This document shows positions 23,036 to 36,391 of a DNA stretch of 64,000 nucleotides, piece by piece. The DNA is taken from contig JANJGN010000056.1 of the NCBI GenBank assembly GCA_026770705.1, positions 2,108,001 to 2,172,000 of the forward strand. Reading direction: 5' to 3'. The translations under genes were made by a program, and so were the position numbers. The notes under the pieces are model-generated. The model made no database searches. It saw only the letters and a program-made list of their open reading frames with translations, and had not been told where the DNA came from. Numbering within the stretch: the first letter of the stretch is position 1; every line of letters starts with the position of its first letter. The DNA is from Isurus oxyrinchus. Lineage: Eukaryota.

Positions 23036-24289
23036 ACCAACCAACCACAGATGAGTTGCTTTCCCTCGCCTCCTGTTTTTAAGCTCAAATATTCACTTTT
23101 AATTCAAAAAGAATTGGGGGTGTCACAGGTTATCAGATCGAGATGAGTGCGCAAAGTACAGAAAGTCCGAATAAGAACACCATGTTTTTTTTTCAGAATG
23201 CTCGCCTTTCAGAGAAAGAAAGAGATGAGAGGGTTCACTAAACACGTAGAATAAAAAGTTTTCCCAACATAATTTGCTTGTTTTTGCTTCAAAAGTAAAA
23301 AAAAATGCGTTATTCCACCATCTTGTTTCATGTGAACATCATTGTGGGTGGAATCTTTATTTAGCCTTCAGTGGTAACAGTGATTATTTCACCCTTTCCA
23401 CTCCCCCAGTAAAACTGACAGGAGGCGCTGTATATCAACAGATGCTTATTACCCTCTGCTTATTTTTGTTTAATCCTAGTTATTATTTCAATCTTGCTGC
23501 TCTGATCAAAGAGAGGAGGAGCGCACATGGGGACATTAATCTGCGTCAGAACCCGAGGAAGGGACTGATCTAGGCAGATACCATTGGTCCCATCATTATT
23601 TTTGCTCTCACCAACACATATCTTCATTGAAGCAGGGTGAAATGGAAAGGGCAGGAGAGGGGTTTGAACTTCTGGTTACAATGCGGCGCAATAACTCTTC
23701 AGATGTTTGCCTAGCAGAGACTTAATCAGGTTAATTGCATTCTGGTAAAAAAATGAGCAGCTTCTGTCTCACTCGGCCTCCCTTTCTTTCTCTCGCTCTC
23801 ACACACGCACATCTCTCATTTCTCTCTCTTTCTCTCAATTCTCTCCATCGTCTTATCTCGTTTGTTTACGCTGTGATAACATCGCCTTCACGATTTTCCA
23901 TGTTCCCGAATCCAACTCATCGACCTTTCCTGCGCAGTATTCTCGGGACTGGAGCTTTCTTAAAGGGAAAGTGGCCTGGACCAGGTAGTCAGTTCAAAAA
24001 TACGGGATAAAACAAACTGTAATCCAGGGAACTGAACTGTTTATAAATACACTGAAGGAATATACCATGCGAGGATTTATGGCTCTGTTTAGAGTGTGCA
24101 ACACAGAAAGGTATGCAGACACAGGGATCTGATGCATGGTGTGTGGCCTTACCGTTCTCCAAGCAGTGAAATGCATGTAACTATTCATAAATAAAGCGGT
24201 GGAATTGATTCGGAGAGAACTCGCACAGTTGGACACTCTCAGAAACATTAACGTTTACATAAGTCCAGCAAACTTCCAATTAAAGGAAA

Positions 24290-24570
24290 TCCGGAACGGA
24301 AATCCTGGCATAATATTCCCACTAATTGTGTTAATGGAACAATTGGATTGTCTCTAAAAATCTGGATTTGTAATGCCATATGGTGGAGGAAATATTTCGG
24401 CCTCACACTGCCCGACCTACAAGTTATTCCAGTCCCACGGTAACATGCTTGACTCTTAACTGCCCTTAGAAATGGGCGAGAAAATAATCAGTTTTATAAA
24501 GACGCTGCAGAAAAGAAGAATAAGGATGAAATCGTACTGCCTATCCAGCTTGAACCGAGGGACTGCTCGG
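24290..24570 (+). mobile_element. Old copy of the family A 5' region / related SINE body
   Basis: cctacaagttattccagtcccacggtaacatgcttgactcttaactgcccttagaaatgg parallels 62140-62200. Confidence 0.55.
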
Positions 24571-25399
24571 CACCAGCTTCTCTAGTGCAATCATAGATCA
24601 GCAGCAAAAGCAGGTCTTGGCTGTGATGGTCACCGCCGATGAACGAAGAGGGAAAAGTGCAGTTAAACCAACCCTGCAGTCGAGCCTCAGTCACATCTGG
24701 GGTCCAACACGAAAACAAAAGTGCTGACCGTTGTTTTATTCCAGCTTGCGGAAGCTCACAGTCTTAATGAATAATTACCAACGTGGTAGAGCGAAATATT
24801 CAATCTGCCTAAATTGTAACATAAACAATGCAAAGAACGTTAAGGAGTTCTGTCCTTCACAGGCCTGGATGGTCCAACGTTGAAATACAGAGGAAACGAA
24901 TACAAAAAGTCAACCTGCCTTTACCTTTAAGGTTACATATCTGGAATAAGTAGCAAGTTGTTTATTTACTTTTAAATAATCATGAATTATATAAATGCAT
25001 CTAGTTCTCTGACGATTATTAAGGAAGAATTTAACAGGCCTAGCTGGTATGTAGCACAGGGACGGCAACAATTCCATTAACATTTCACTGTCCGCTGGTA
25101 AAGTGGCCCCGATGTCTACTCGGCCGAAAACACATATTCGAAAGAATTGCTGAACTCCTGACTTTTGAGAGCGACGAAATTCTAAATGTCTTAAGGGTTC
25201 ATGTGCTTTTAAAATAAAATGTTATTTGTTATATTTACAATTAATTTATTATTAATCTTGACTTTTTTCGTTTGACCTCTTCCCCTCAGTGCAATGTGCC
25301 TTCTCATTCTACCAACAGAAATCCTTGTGCGACCGGATGGAGCAGGTTTCCAAGGCTGATGAGCTTTTTTTTCGGTTTATTCTCTTTCTCTAAACTCCA

Positions 25400-26580
25400 G
25401 CAGGAAGGTATTTTTTAAGGAACTGAAAGCAGAAAATGTAGGAATTCATGTTCCAATCAGGCAGTGCACATGATTTTCTGAAATGACAATCGTGTATCAA
25501 GTTATTAGTTATTTGAGGATGTAACAAGGACGATGAGGAAATAAGGACGATAAAATGCAGTTTTATTTTAAATTACCTAAACATATCAGATACGTTTCCT
25601 CCTAAAAAAAAATGAATCCACATGTTACATCGTCATGGGTTTAGGGTAACTTAACATCATGACTATCGGGCGGCTTAACAGGAAACAGAATCGATATAAC
25701 TGGCTCGTTTTTAAGTTGACGAACTATATCTAGACGGGTGAGGGTACCTTGGGTTCAGTACTGTGGCCTCAAGTTTACCCAAACCGTTTTATAATGTTGA
25801 CTTGGAAAAAGAAATGGAGTGCACTGCGGTCAACTTTACTGGCGATATTAATGTGCATTGAAAAATAATTGTGATACCGTTGCAAAGACTCTGCAAAGAT
25901 AAATGTTAAGTGTTTGTTCAAAAATAATAAAAACACGTTGCAGGAACCTATAGGAAATTGTCTGATCGTCATTTTGGTGGTATAATAGAGGCTGAAGATT
26001 TGAAGGTAGGGATAGAATTCTGTCTTTTGCAGCAGAAGTTCTCCAGATTTTCTCGAACATGAATCATGAAGAGTTAGCATACCGGTACAGGAAGCGAAAA
26101 GTAAGGCATATAAAATATTAGCCTTCACTGGATGGTGGGTGATGTATACAAGTAGGGATTCCTTGCTGCTGCAAAATGTTGGTGGTGTCTTGTGCGGTTA
26201 AGCTCTCCTTATTTAAGTGGCATTGCAAATGCGTTAGGCACACTTCATAGATGGATCACACGACTGCTTCCTGGTATGAAAAGCTTGTCTTATGAGGAAA
26301 GGTCTGTTCATTGGGCCACTGCTCATGAGAATTTGGAAAGGTGGGAAGAGATATTCTTGAAACCTATATGGTTCTGGGGCGACTTTATCAGTTTAGATGT
26401 TGAGAGGATGCTTATCTAGTGGTGGAGTCTATAACTAGGGGAAATGTTTCATGTTAAAAAGGCTCCCTTCCAAACCAGAGAATATGGGGAACTTCATTTG
26501 TCAGGGGGCCAGCGCTATTTGGAATTCATTGTTACAAAGAACAAACAACAGTAGACTTAGGTCCTTAAATAATTTCTCGA
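25400..26580 (+). mobile_element. Old CR1-type LINE (RT to 3' region)
   Basis: aatcaggcagtgcacatgattttctg (IRQSQHGF), gggttcagtactgtggcctca (GSVLGP), ttgtcttatgaggaaagg (LSYEER). Confidence 0.7.
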
Positions 26581-26617
26581 AATACTGGGGATAGTCTGCA
26601 GTAATATCAAACCAAGA

Positions 26618-26828
26618 ATTCGTTGTCACAGAAGGGTGTGGAGGCCAGCTCATTGGGAATATTTCAGGTCGAGGTAGATAAGTTCTTGATTGTTCAGGGG
26701 ATCAAAGGTTACCGGGAGAAGGCCGGAGAATGCGGGTGAGAAACCAATCAGCCATGATTGAATGGCGGACAAGACTCGATGGGCCGAATGGCCTAATTTA
26801 TGCTCCTTTGTCTTATGGTCTTATGGTC
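26618..26828 (+). mobile_element. Younger CR1/HER1-type LINE 3' end
   Basis: atcagccatgattgaatggcgg...gatgggccgaatggcctaatt with terminal repeat tcttatggtcttatggtc. Confidence 0.85.
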
Positions 26829-28029
26829 TCCCTGTTCCCCGAGCTGCAACAAATTTTAAAAGAGTTTCAACAGCAAGAACATTGCCCAATTCTACCAAAC
26901 CTTTTAGTTTAGATTAGCGGAATAAGAACATCAGGCTTGGTAACTTAACATGTGTTATGACACAACATTATTAAAGGCTGAGCTGGTTAAAGACACAGAG
27001 GGCAAATTTAAACAAATGTCATAACCTGTCTTTTCAAATCGTATGCTTTGTGTTCTTGCTCTAAATTCAGGGGTAAAACCATTGGTTCGCGACAGGTCCT
27101 CTAACAGACTAAATGAGACATTTATTAGTTTGCAATAAATTAAGCATGTACACGTGGCTAGAATTTACTATCATCGTAACATTTTTGAAAAAAATGCCAA
27201 GTAATTCTCCACCAAGGCAACAATATTTAATAGACTTAGCCAGATACCAGGCAAAGCATTTACCCCTTACAAATTCAAAACAAGGTTCCTTTCAATCTCT
27301 TTGCTTTGCACACTGTTGAGGCTTACAGCTGTTTGATGTTAGATGCTTCAGCTTTTCACACCCAAGCTCCCTTCTAAGCTTTCTTTGAATGTAAATTCTC
27401 AGTGAATTACCAGGCCCTTTGGGCATGACCTCTTCCAACAATAAAACCCATATCATTGCACCAACTCTTTTAGTAATATAAATATTGTCTGGTGTCTCCT
27501 GGCAAGGTGAAAGATTTCACTCCCCTCTTGAATGCTCCATTCAAGTACATGCAAATGCAACTTTACCTCTGTTTACTTCTCAACAATAGTATACACCAAA
27601 GAACCGAGAGTTCATGGTCTTAATCCAACTGAACAACAGAGTGGCTCACCCACAGGCTAAGCCTCTACTTGGAGATAAAATCTGATGCTTTGTTGCAAAA
27701 CCTGCATTTTATGTTTGTAAAGAATACTTTAACTCCTAAGTGAAAGTAAGAAAGAATTTTGGAAGGAAGAACAATTGAAGTCAACATTATGATGTTATTA
27801 CAGCTCTGAGATGTGAAGCTCAAGTTCAAGTTGCAATGTGGTGGAAGATAAAACAGCAAATTAAACGAATTATTATTTTAATTGCATCTCGTGTGCTGCT
27901 GCAGGAAGAAGGATACAGTTCCAGAACGCAAACAGGTATCTCAGCATGAAACCGTGGGTATAATTATGTGACAACATTACAGGGACTTTGAATCGGTGGA
28001 TTAAAATAATTCAAGGTGAGAATTCATAA

Positions 28030-28540
28030 CAGAATCAGATAGGGAGAACAAGCTAGGTGGATTCTGCGTAGGACAGTGACAATTGAGAAGAGGATTGCGC
28101 GTTTGGATTGCTGCTGGAAATCGGATGCAGTGTGTCTGTTTTCTGAAGGGACCTCGGGCCGAACTGTTCTGAGTAAAGCTATTTCATCTACACCTCAGAA
28201 ATAGGGATTGATGTGAAGCACTTTATCTTACACCCTGAGAGCAGAGAGTGTACTTGTTGCAACGGGAATTGGAGTAGAGGAATGAAGAAGCTTTGAAAGG
28301 TCTGCACAGTGTTTTGTTGACACGACACTTCGACTTTTGACCGCAGTTTTTGTCTTAACATTGAAGAGAAGAAACGCAATCTTCGGAGGTGGTAGAGAGA
28401 AGGTTCACAAAACGGGTGCCTGGAAATTGCAGGGAATGGAATTCAACCCCAAGATATGCCACGCTAGTAAGCAACGGCGGCGCAGGCTCGAAGGAGCATT
28501 TGATCCACCACATTCTCCAATTTCTTGTGTTTTTGTGACT
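28030..28540 (+). mobile_element. Degenerate CR1-type fragment
   Basis: ggacctcgggcc, agagagaaggttcaca and a 3'-UTR-like gcgcaggctcgaaggagc...ttctccaatttcttgtgt. Confidence 0.45.
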
Positions 28541-28689
28541 ATCCAACATTGAAATTTACATCTCACCTGAAGTATCAGTGACCTATTAATGTTTGAATTA
28601 TGTTGAGTTTGGGTCCATCGCAGCAATGCAACTATTTTTTTTTAAGATGTTCGGATTATTTATTTTGCTATCATGAATATCCAAATATT

Positions 28690-29830
28690 CTGTACGGTCA
28701 TCGTACCACCGGAGCTCCCTTCATGTCGCTCACTGACAAATGCTGCCTTGACATCAAGACACGTCATTATCATCGCAGCTCCTGAGTTCAGCCTTTTTGT
28801 ATGTGATACACGCAAAGCTGTAATGAAGCCATTAGACGAATGGCTCTGGCGGACCTCCATCCGTTTATCAATGAACTGGTGGTGTTATGTAACTGCCGCT
28901 TAATACCAAAATGACAACTTCCATTTTATTGCTTATGACCAAGGCCAGATTAATGGACGGGTATTTGCCAGGGTTATATTTCTCATGCTACTTGCGTAGG
29001 GCACACACTGGGGCACTTTTTCCACATGTTGGGTAGCATGTGCTTTTGGTATGTCTGCGCTGATGTTTTTGGCCTCCGGTTTCGTCTGGCTATAGAGCCC
29101 GAATGTTCAATAAAATTGCCGGGATTGTGTCACCCCTACAGCTAATGCTGTTTCCAGTCTTTTCAGCCATTTCCTGCGATTTTACCAAGTAAATCAAATA
29201 TTCTACAACCTGATGGAAACAGAATTAACATGTTGAGTGCGGATTCTCTCCGCAGAATCTGCCAAAACTTTTGAGGTTTTCCAGCCTAACTTGTGTTTAT
29301 TTCAGATTTCCATTATGAACAATATTTTGTTTTTTATATTCAGTCTGACGTCTGTGATGTTAGGGACATTAGGAGGATGAAGCATTAACAATCCTGACAC
29401 ACACGAGCTGCAAATGTTTCAGCCTTGTCGATTGTACTGAGGTCGTTTGGCTCCCAACATAGCCAGTGGGAATACTTTTGAAGCCTCCTCCTCCTGAAAG
29501 TTGTCTTTCTGGCACTATCAAAAGCCGCTGGATGCGACGGGGACTCAAGGTTTGATTCGGTGCACTGTCTGTGGGAGGTGTTAGCATTGTTGCAGTTTTA
29601 TTCCGTTGTCTAAAATGCAGGTAATGGTGTGTTGAATATGCACGACCTTCCGCTGTGTGGTATATTTGGTGCTGCTCTTTTACTGCTACCTGCACTCTTC
29701 ATTTTATCTGTGTTAATCCCGCGGTGGACATTTCAGTAGAATGAGGAATATGCCGCGGCATGAGTTTAAGGAGTGCAATTGAATATAATTCTGCTGCGAC
29801 CTGAGATCTGCAGCTTCTCCCAGATTTCCT
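28690..29830 (-). mobile_element. Old family A LINE RT fragment, interrupted at ~29196-29340
   Basis: aaatgctgccttgacatcaag is near the reverse complement of ALDIKAAF. The 3' side shows agtctgacgtctgtgatgttaggga. Confidence 0.55.
29196..29340. mobile_element. Short non-autonomous interspersed element (same family as 37354-37464)
   Basis: ctctccgcagaatctgcc...ttttccagc...gtttatttcagatttcc...attttgttttt is shared with 37354-37464. Confidence 0.55.
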
Positions 29831-30139
29831 GATTTAATTACAAGGTCTGTTCAGCATCTCTGTCAATAAGCTCATGGCAATGCTACAAAACCAGATGGAG
29901 GGCATTGTTAATGTGAAGTTGTAAGAAAGTAATGCAAAGCGGTTAGGAGATTCACTTGTAATCTTAAAAAGTTAAATATGGTTATGCTTAATTGTTAAAT
30001 TGCACATGACGATCAATACCAAAAAAGGAGTTACAATTAAGCTTTAATTATCAATTACAGTTCAACTACTAGCAGTAAATCTGACAAAGTGTGCATGCCA
30101 ATCTTTACATTCTCTTCATGTTTATTTGCTATTACCCTA

Positions 30140-30795
30140 ATTTAGCAGGAACTCTAAAGTTATGCAGTAATGATGTTTTATTAAAGTTGAGCAGAACGTT
30201 GCCGATATCACATATAAAGAACGGTGCACAGTTTTGGTCTCCAACTTTAAGAAAGGATATCAATTACTTAGAATCAGTTGAGGTAGCGTTCATTCTGCAG
30301 ACACCTGGGAGGCTGAGTTGGTGGAGGTTGGTGGTTGTCTGGGTTTTATCAAATTCGGAAAGATTGGATAACCGTTTTCAATTGGAGTCTGGAAAAAGAG
30401 AGGTGCTTTGATTGAAATAGGATGGATCCTGAGGGAATCACCATAGTATTTGCAATGAGAATGTTTCCCTTGTCGTGGAGTTTGGGCCAAAGGGAGAAAA
30501 GTTTTCAAGTTGTGGGTCTCCCGTTTGAAGGGGAAGTGGAAGCGATTTATTTCAGTCACAGGGTTGAAGGGCTTTGGAACTCTCTTCCCACAAGTGCTGC
30601 GTAGGGAAGCTGATTGGATATGTTTCAGGCAGAGACAGATATATCCTTGGGTACCAAGGGTGTCAAATGTTATTGGAGTTGGGCGGAATGCTGAATTGCG
30701 TCCACAATCAGATGAGCCATAATGTTATTGAATGGTGGGGCTGGCTGGAGGAGCCGGATTCTCTAATTCTGCTCTCGATTTATATTTATATTTTT
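30140..30795 (+). mobile_element. CR1-type LINE C-terminal region and 3' UTR
   Basis: ORF 30091 AQFWSPTLRKDINYLESV and ORF 30422 FSHRVEGLWNSLP are hallmark CR1 C-terminal motifs. Confidence 0.85.
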
Positions 30796-30814
30796 TCCAT
30801 TAGCCTGTGCAGCT

Positions 30815-31895
30815 TTATCTGCGCCTGGCGTTGGCCTCATATGGTTCTGGTACGCTACAGGGGTGTTGGCAAGGGGGAATCAGGAGCCCATACATTGGGA
30901 CCCAGCTTCCGATCTCTGTGTTTGGCTTTGAGATTTGAAACATCCTGTCGTGCAGCTTCCTGTGTTCACCTAATGCGGCCTTTGGTATGTCGGCATTCTC
31001 CATATGAACCACATGACTGACCTAGGGAAGCGGGGCTCTAATGACCATGTTATCGATGCTCAGTACGCTGCACTTTGCAAGAATATTTGTGTGTGGGAAT
31101 CGGTCCTGCCACTTACCGTTGGAAATGGATTACAGACAGTGAAATTGGAATGTTTTCACAAGGTTTCAATGAGGCTGATCAATGTTGCATATCTCGCACT
31201 GACAAGAATTTAGATAAAAAAAAACACGGCCTGACAGGCTTTGATCTTCCATCTGAGAGGAGCTCCATGTTTTTCTTTCAGAAGACAGTGAGTGCAGCCT
31301 GCTAAATGCCGAACTTGCTTTTGTCAGGCGATGTTTAATTTGCTCATTCAGTTAGTTCTCTTGGAGAACATGCTGCCAAGTTAGCAACTTTCCGCACTGA
31401 ACAGTTGGGTTTTTCGTTCAGAGTGGCTGTGGCATCTTGGATCAGGTGACCAGCAGCGAATTGATACAGCTTCTCCATCTGTGGATATATTATTAATCGA
31501 ACGTGTTCTGAGTCCACAGCAAAGCGCTCAGCATGCAGCTGGATCTCTCCGGATTCTGCCCTATGCGAGCGCAGTAGTCCGTGAATAAGGCTTCACTCAG
31601 TCGCTGTTCAGTGACCTATGTGCAAGGTTTTACTCTTGGCCGTTTGGCAACGTTGCTGTTTGTCCTGAAATCGTTATGTAAGCCTGTGCCAAACTCTTTG
31701 AGTGTAAACTGGATAATGGCCGGCAAGTATATGACAAATAGAGCTGAAGCCATGACAGAGACTTACTTGGCAACGCAAGTCACATGAAAGGGGTCCACAC
31801 TGTCGAACCGCCTTGCGTCACTCTGATTATCAGGTCATCGTCAAAAGAGCAAATGGCATTGATCATTTTCTTCATCTTTTTCAGCGTGACTTCAT
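30815..31895 (-). mobile_element. Degenerate RTE-clade LINE (paralog of 1130-2010)
   Basis: ORF 30815..31012(-) VHMENADIPKAAL. About 180 nt near 31010-31190 are absent from copy A. Confidence 0.6.
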
Positions 31896-32947
31896 ATTCC
31901 AGACACGTTTGGATAGTTCATTGACCAATAAAGGGTATTGAGGTCATGAGGACGTATGTGTGTGTTTTGTGGAGGGTGTGGAGGGGCGGGTGTGCGACGC
32001 AGGTTGGAGAAGTACAGGCAGGAAAATGGAGCTGAGGCCACGATCAGGTAAACCATTTTCTTTTCGAGTTGCAGAAGAGACTCAAGAGGCCGAATGAGCT
32101 ACCCCTGCCCTTAATTCTTGTGATTTTGGTGTTGTATGAAATGCAGCGCAAACCAACAGCCGGAGGTGATGGCGATTCTGCCTCATTATAATGAGTGATT
32201 CCATCGGCCAATGATTGTTGGCAGAAGACATCTGAGGGTCAGGAGTTAAATGTTTAGCTTGGAATATTCCCCCAGCTTTGTACTCGAATTAACCTATTAT
32301 TTTATTCAAAACATTGTTTTTCAATCAGCCCCAACAACTCTCTGGACGTAATATGTGAGTGGGTGGAATAGACTGATTTGCTGTCGGGGGGCGGGGGGGG
32401 GGGGTGGGGGGGATGGTTATTGACCATTTATAGGTTTGGAAACGTCTGGAAAGAATTATTTTGAAATTTTCTGGTTGAGAAAACAAATGCCTTCTCCATA
32501 CAGATCATGTTACACCTCTCATAATCACCAGCACGAACCCTCCATGTCCTCTGGTTGCATTTTTAATTTGCAGGCGGAATGGTGCAAATTTCTGGGCAAC
32601 GCCATAGAATGTAGGCCCAGTCACCGACGGAGGTATCAGTGCCAGTGTAATCCAGGAACAATCTGGGCAGCGTATGTCTTCCCTCTGGGAGCTTGAATGT
32701 CAAAAACAAGGATCACACACGTGCCTTGTTGGAACATAGAATGGATCCAGAAACACAAAACAGTGGGGAACATCAGAAATGTGCCCCCTACTTAGGGAGG
32801 TTCAGAACCATTGTGTTGCTAAGATTCATTTTGTGTAAATTAGTGACGAGTAATCCCGCAACAACCCCTAGTGGCTTAATTATTTCCCGCTCTGACCATC
32901 TCCGATAATATTTATCCATTGATCGCTATCATGCAGCCCCTTCAATT

Positions 32948-33112
32948 GGTTTGACCACAGACATCAGTCCAAAATTTGATGTTTCACTTTGTAGTGGTTG
33001 CTTTCACAAGGGAGTGACTGACATAACCTGTTTGTTCAATGACTGAAACTGATTTATTTCTTCAGGGAACATGAATGAGCTAATGAGGATTTATCTGTTG
33101 TATAAATAAGAG
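32948..33112 (+). promoter_or_regulatory. Putative core promoter of GPCR copy B (TATAAATA at 33101-33108)
   Basis: Conserved counterpart of 3050-3215; donor-like AAT|GTATGT at 33257. Confidence 0.5.
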
Positions 33113-33300
33113 TTTCTCTGAACGGATCATTTCATCTTCTCCAAAAGACTCAGTGTTTCTGCTTCAGTTAGCGCTTCTCACAGCGAATAGCGTTTGTTTC
33201 ACTTTGTCAGATACGGGACACTTACAAACCCATTCTCGAAGTTATCGTTGTCTAATGTATGTTTATTTACATACTCTCAGGCTAAAAATGATAATCTCTC

Positions 33301-33590
33301 TTATTCTATCCATTCATTGAATGTGGGCGACGCTGGCGAGGACAGCATTTATTGCCTTCCCTAATTGCCCTTGAAAAGATGGTAGTGAGATGCATTTTTG
33401 AGCTGCTGTAGTCTGTGTTATAACGGGGAGGTCCAGTACATTGACGCAGAAGCAGTGAAGAAATGGAGATATCTTTCCAAATCAGGGCGGTGAGTGGTTT
33501 GGAGAGCAGCTACTAGATGGTGGCGTTCCCAAGTCTATGTTACTCTTGTCTTTCTAGGGAGTAGCGGAAGTGGGTTTGGAAGTTTATGTA
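33301..33590 (-). mobile_element. Family A LINE 3' end (paralog of 3405-3690)
   Basis: gtgggcgacgctggcgaggacagcatttattgccttccctaattgcccttg tail. Confidence 0.75.
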
Positions 33591-33844
33591 CAGGACTTCA
33601 TGTCTGTAAAATATAGCAGCTTATCTCTCTTCCATGTTACAAATGCTTTGCTGCCAGTTTTACCTTGATATTTTGGGTTTAATTAATGTGGTATCTCCTT
33701 CTGAGTATCGACAGTGATTTTACTTTATTTATTTTATGTTTCTGAAATTAATTCAAAGGTGACGGGGGTTTGTAGTTTCCAGCTCACATCGTTCCATTCC
33801 ATCCTGTTTACCCATCTCAGGAGGAAAGACAGATTCTCATAAAG

Positions 33845-33914
33845 ATGGGAGACCTGATAATTCACAAGATAAAGGCCATTTACTACCCTATTCTCGCAGC
33901 TGTTGGTGTACCAG
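33845..33914 (+). CDS. GPR139/GPR142-like class A GPCR, copy B, coding exon 1 (MGDLIIHKIKAIYYPILAAVGVP)
   Basis: Acceptor ccatctcag at 33820, ATG at 33845, donor CAG|GTAAGA at 33915; 70 nt, phase 1. Confidence 0.9.
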
Positions 33915-34429
33915 GTAAGAGCCTAAATACAATCAGTGGACGTATAACTGGATATTGACTTTGTACTCAAAAGGCGTTTCTGGTAACGTGAAATAGTTCG
34001 TTTTCTGTTGGAGAGTTATCAAAGATTAGGTGTCACGTTACATGACTTCTTAAGGTTGCTTTATGTGTCACGCAGCTTTCTACAGTGTTGACCATCTTCA
34101 TTCTTTGGGGAATTTCTTGAATTTGGGTGGGGTTCTGCAATAATTGTCATAACCAAGTTCAGACCGTGTTTAAAATTGGAGGTAATTGGAGGTATGGAAA
34201 TCATTGCAGGGGCAAATTCGCATTCTGCAGAATTCGGTTGCACTTATTGAAAGTGTTTGCTCACGGTTTTCACCTGTTTTCCAATATCGCAAGCAACAAA
34301 TTCCCTTTCAAATCACCTAATTTTTCATAGCGATAGTTTTGCAAATCAGTGTGAAATGATGATATCTGTAAGCTTGGCTGAAACACAATGCTGTCTGCGC
34401 TTAAGACATTCCGATGTCTGACTCACTTG

Positions 34430-34830
34430 TATATTGATAGACATGAATTTGAACAGCCTTTGTCCATGACCACATTGATGGATTTACTTAAAGTAAGCGT
34501 GATCGTCGATTTGTGCTCGGGAAGCTTCCATTGACAACATGTTGACAATGACCGGATTTTTCATTTGGTGATTTTAGCAGAGGTAGAAATATCGGTCAGG
34601 ACATAACTGGCTATAACAATCTTGTTCCTCGAATAAGTGGAATTGAATCTTCTACATTTTCCTCGTCAATCGTGAATCTGTTCTTAAAGGTTCTACTTGC
34701 GATAGTGCAGAATTACTTCACTAAGAGATTGGACCATGAGCTGAGAACTTTGTTCTGAATTTCTGGTGCCGGAAGTAAATCGTTAAACATCTATCTCAGC
34801 ACGGAGATTTCAACTGACTGAGCCATAAGT
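34430..34830 (-). mobile_element. Degenerate DeuSINE (paralog of 4535-4938)
   Basis: Colinear with the copy A element. Confidence 0.55.
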
Positions 34831-35039
34831 GGTCTGATTTTGAAACACCTACGAACCCCGAATAGTTTCTGGTTCTTATTATTCTGCCCCATTTAGTTTC
34901 TCGCCCTCCACTACCTGCTGGTCTAGATGAAACTTCCAAATCTAACTGATTTACAGGAAGAATTGAATTGAGTTGGTTTAAACGATTTTCGGACTCCCCT
35001 GTCTCTTTGTGAATCTCGCATTGCTAAGTGACAAAAGGA

Positions 35040-36040
35040 CATAGATTCATAGGCAATGGGAGCAGAAGTTAGAAAGGTGGCCGCTCGCGCTTGCTCCACT
35101 ATTCAACTATATTATGGCTGTAATCATGCCTTCATGTCATTCCCTTGTACTATCTCATATCTCTGGGCGCAGTTAATATTTAGAAATTGGTTCATTGCAC
35201 TGCCTTCAACATACCCAATGACTGAGCCTCTGCCGCTGTTGCGGGAGATAATGTCAAACATTCGCTGCTCTCTGAGTGAAGGAATATCTGCAGTAAATGC
35301 ACATCTGTTATTTTGAAATTGTTTCTCATGATATTAGACATCCACGCCAGCGAAACATCCCTCCATCATAGATAACATCGAACACTGTAAGAATGGTGTA
35401 TGTTTCAGTGAGATCAATTCTCATTTGGCAAAGCTCCAGAGAGCAGAGAGTCAGCCTCGTCAATGTCTCCACATTGGAAAATCGCAGCTAATTCCCAGTA
35501 ATCCAAGGAATTCTCTGGTTAATTCTCTGTCGCACAGTGACAACAGCGAACACCAAAAGGAGAAATTGGAATTCTTGTCCAGCACCACAACCATCACCAT
35601 AATAATTCCGCATGGAAATTGAGGAGTTGGAGATAGGTTGGGCTTGGAATTCCAAATTATGGTTGTGCACATCCCTGCTCCAGCTGATGGCCCAATGTGT
35701 CTGGTGAATGCCCACATTGGTGTTGCTGATCTGCTTGAAATCTACCCGTATCGCACAACGGTAGTGTCACACTATACCATGGAGGAACATTCCAACGTGA
35801 AGGCCGGCTAAGTCTGCACAAGGAACGTGAGGTGTTCTATCCTATCAATCCTGTAATGGGCAGGTGCATATGCTGCTTGAAGGTTGGCGAGGCTAGTTCA
35901 TTTCGGGCTTTGCACCTTGTTGGTTCCCTGATCACCTGCAAAAGAGCCAGTCTAGCAGTTATCTGTCGGAGTCAGCCTGATCGGCCATTAGTGGTGCTAC
36001 CGATCCTGTCTTGGTCATAGACATTGACGTCCTCTGCGTC
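35040..36040 (-). mobile_element. CR1 3' fragment (35040-35535) plus family A endonuclease fragment (35550-36040)
   Basis: Paralogs of 5160-5665 and 5690-6200. Confidence 0.6.
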
Positions 36041-36094
36041 CAATAGTTTTTGTTTCTGGCCACTCCCTAAAACTGTGTTTTTTGCCCCACAAGC

Positions 36095-36391
36095 GTGCAT
36101 AAGTTAAATGTGAGGAGCAAGAGGTTTAGGAGGAATTTGAGAAAAAGCATTTTTACCCAGGGAGAGGTGACTGTCTGGAATGCGCTGCCTGGGAGGATGT
36201 TGGAGGCGGGTTGCCTCACATCCTTTAAAAAGTGCCGGTATAAGCACTTGGCTTGTCGTAACATTCATGGCTATGGTCCAAGTGCTTGTCAATGTTATTA
36301 CATATGTATTTCAGGTGTTTCTCACTTGTCGGTGAAGACTCATTGGGCCAAAGAGACTCTTCCGCACTATGATTCTGTGATTCTATGATTC
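36095..36391 (+). mobile_element. CR1/HER1-type LINE 3' end
   Basis: ORF 36095 RFRRNLRKSIFTQGEVTVWNALP; terminal gattctgtgattctatgattc. Confidence 0.85.

Larger units (their letters stand above)
1130..26087 (+). repeat. Segmental duplication, copy A (~25 kb; paralogous to 30815-56374)
   Basis: Colinear similarity throughout with an offset of about 29.7-30.3 kb, e.g. ATG 3949/33845, exon 2 start 12956/43235, pseudogene start 19602/49882. Similarity ends at gttagcata(c)-ggta 26087/56374. Confidence 0.95.

Noticed and set aside
26950-28031. Possible solo LTR (tgttatga...cataaca) in the spacer
   Set aside because: No target-site duplication, PBS, PPT or second copy visible, so it cannot be supported.
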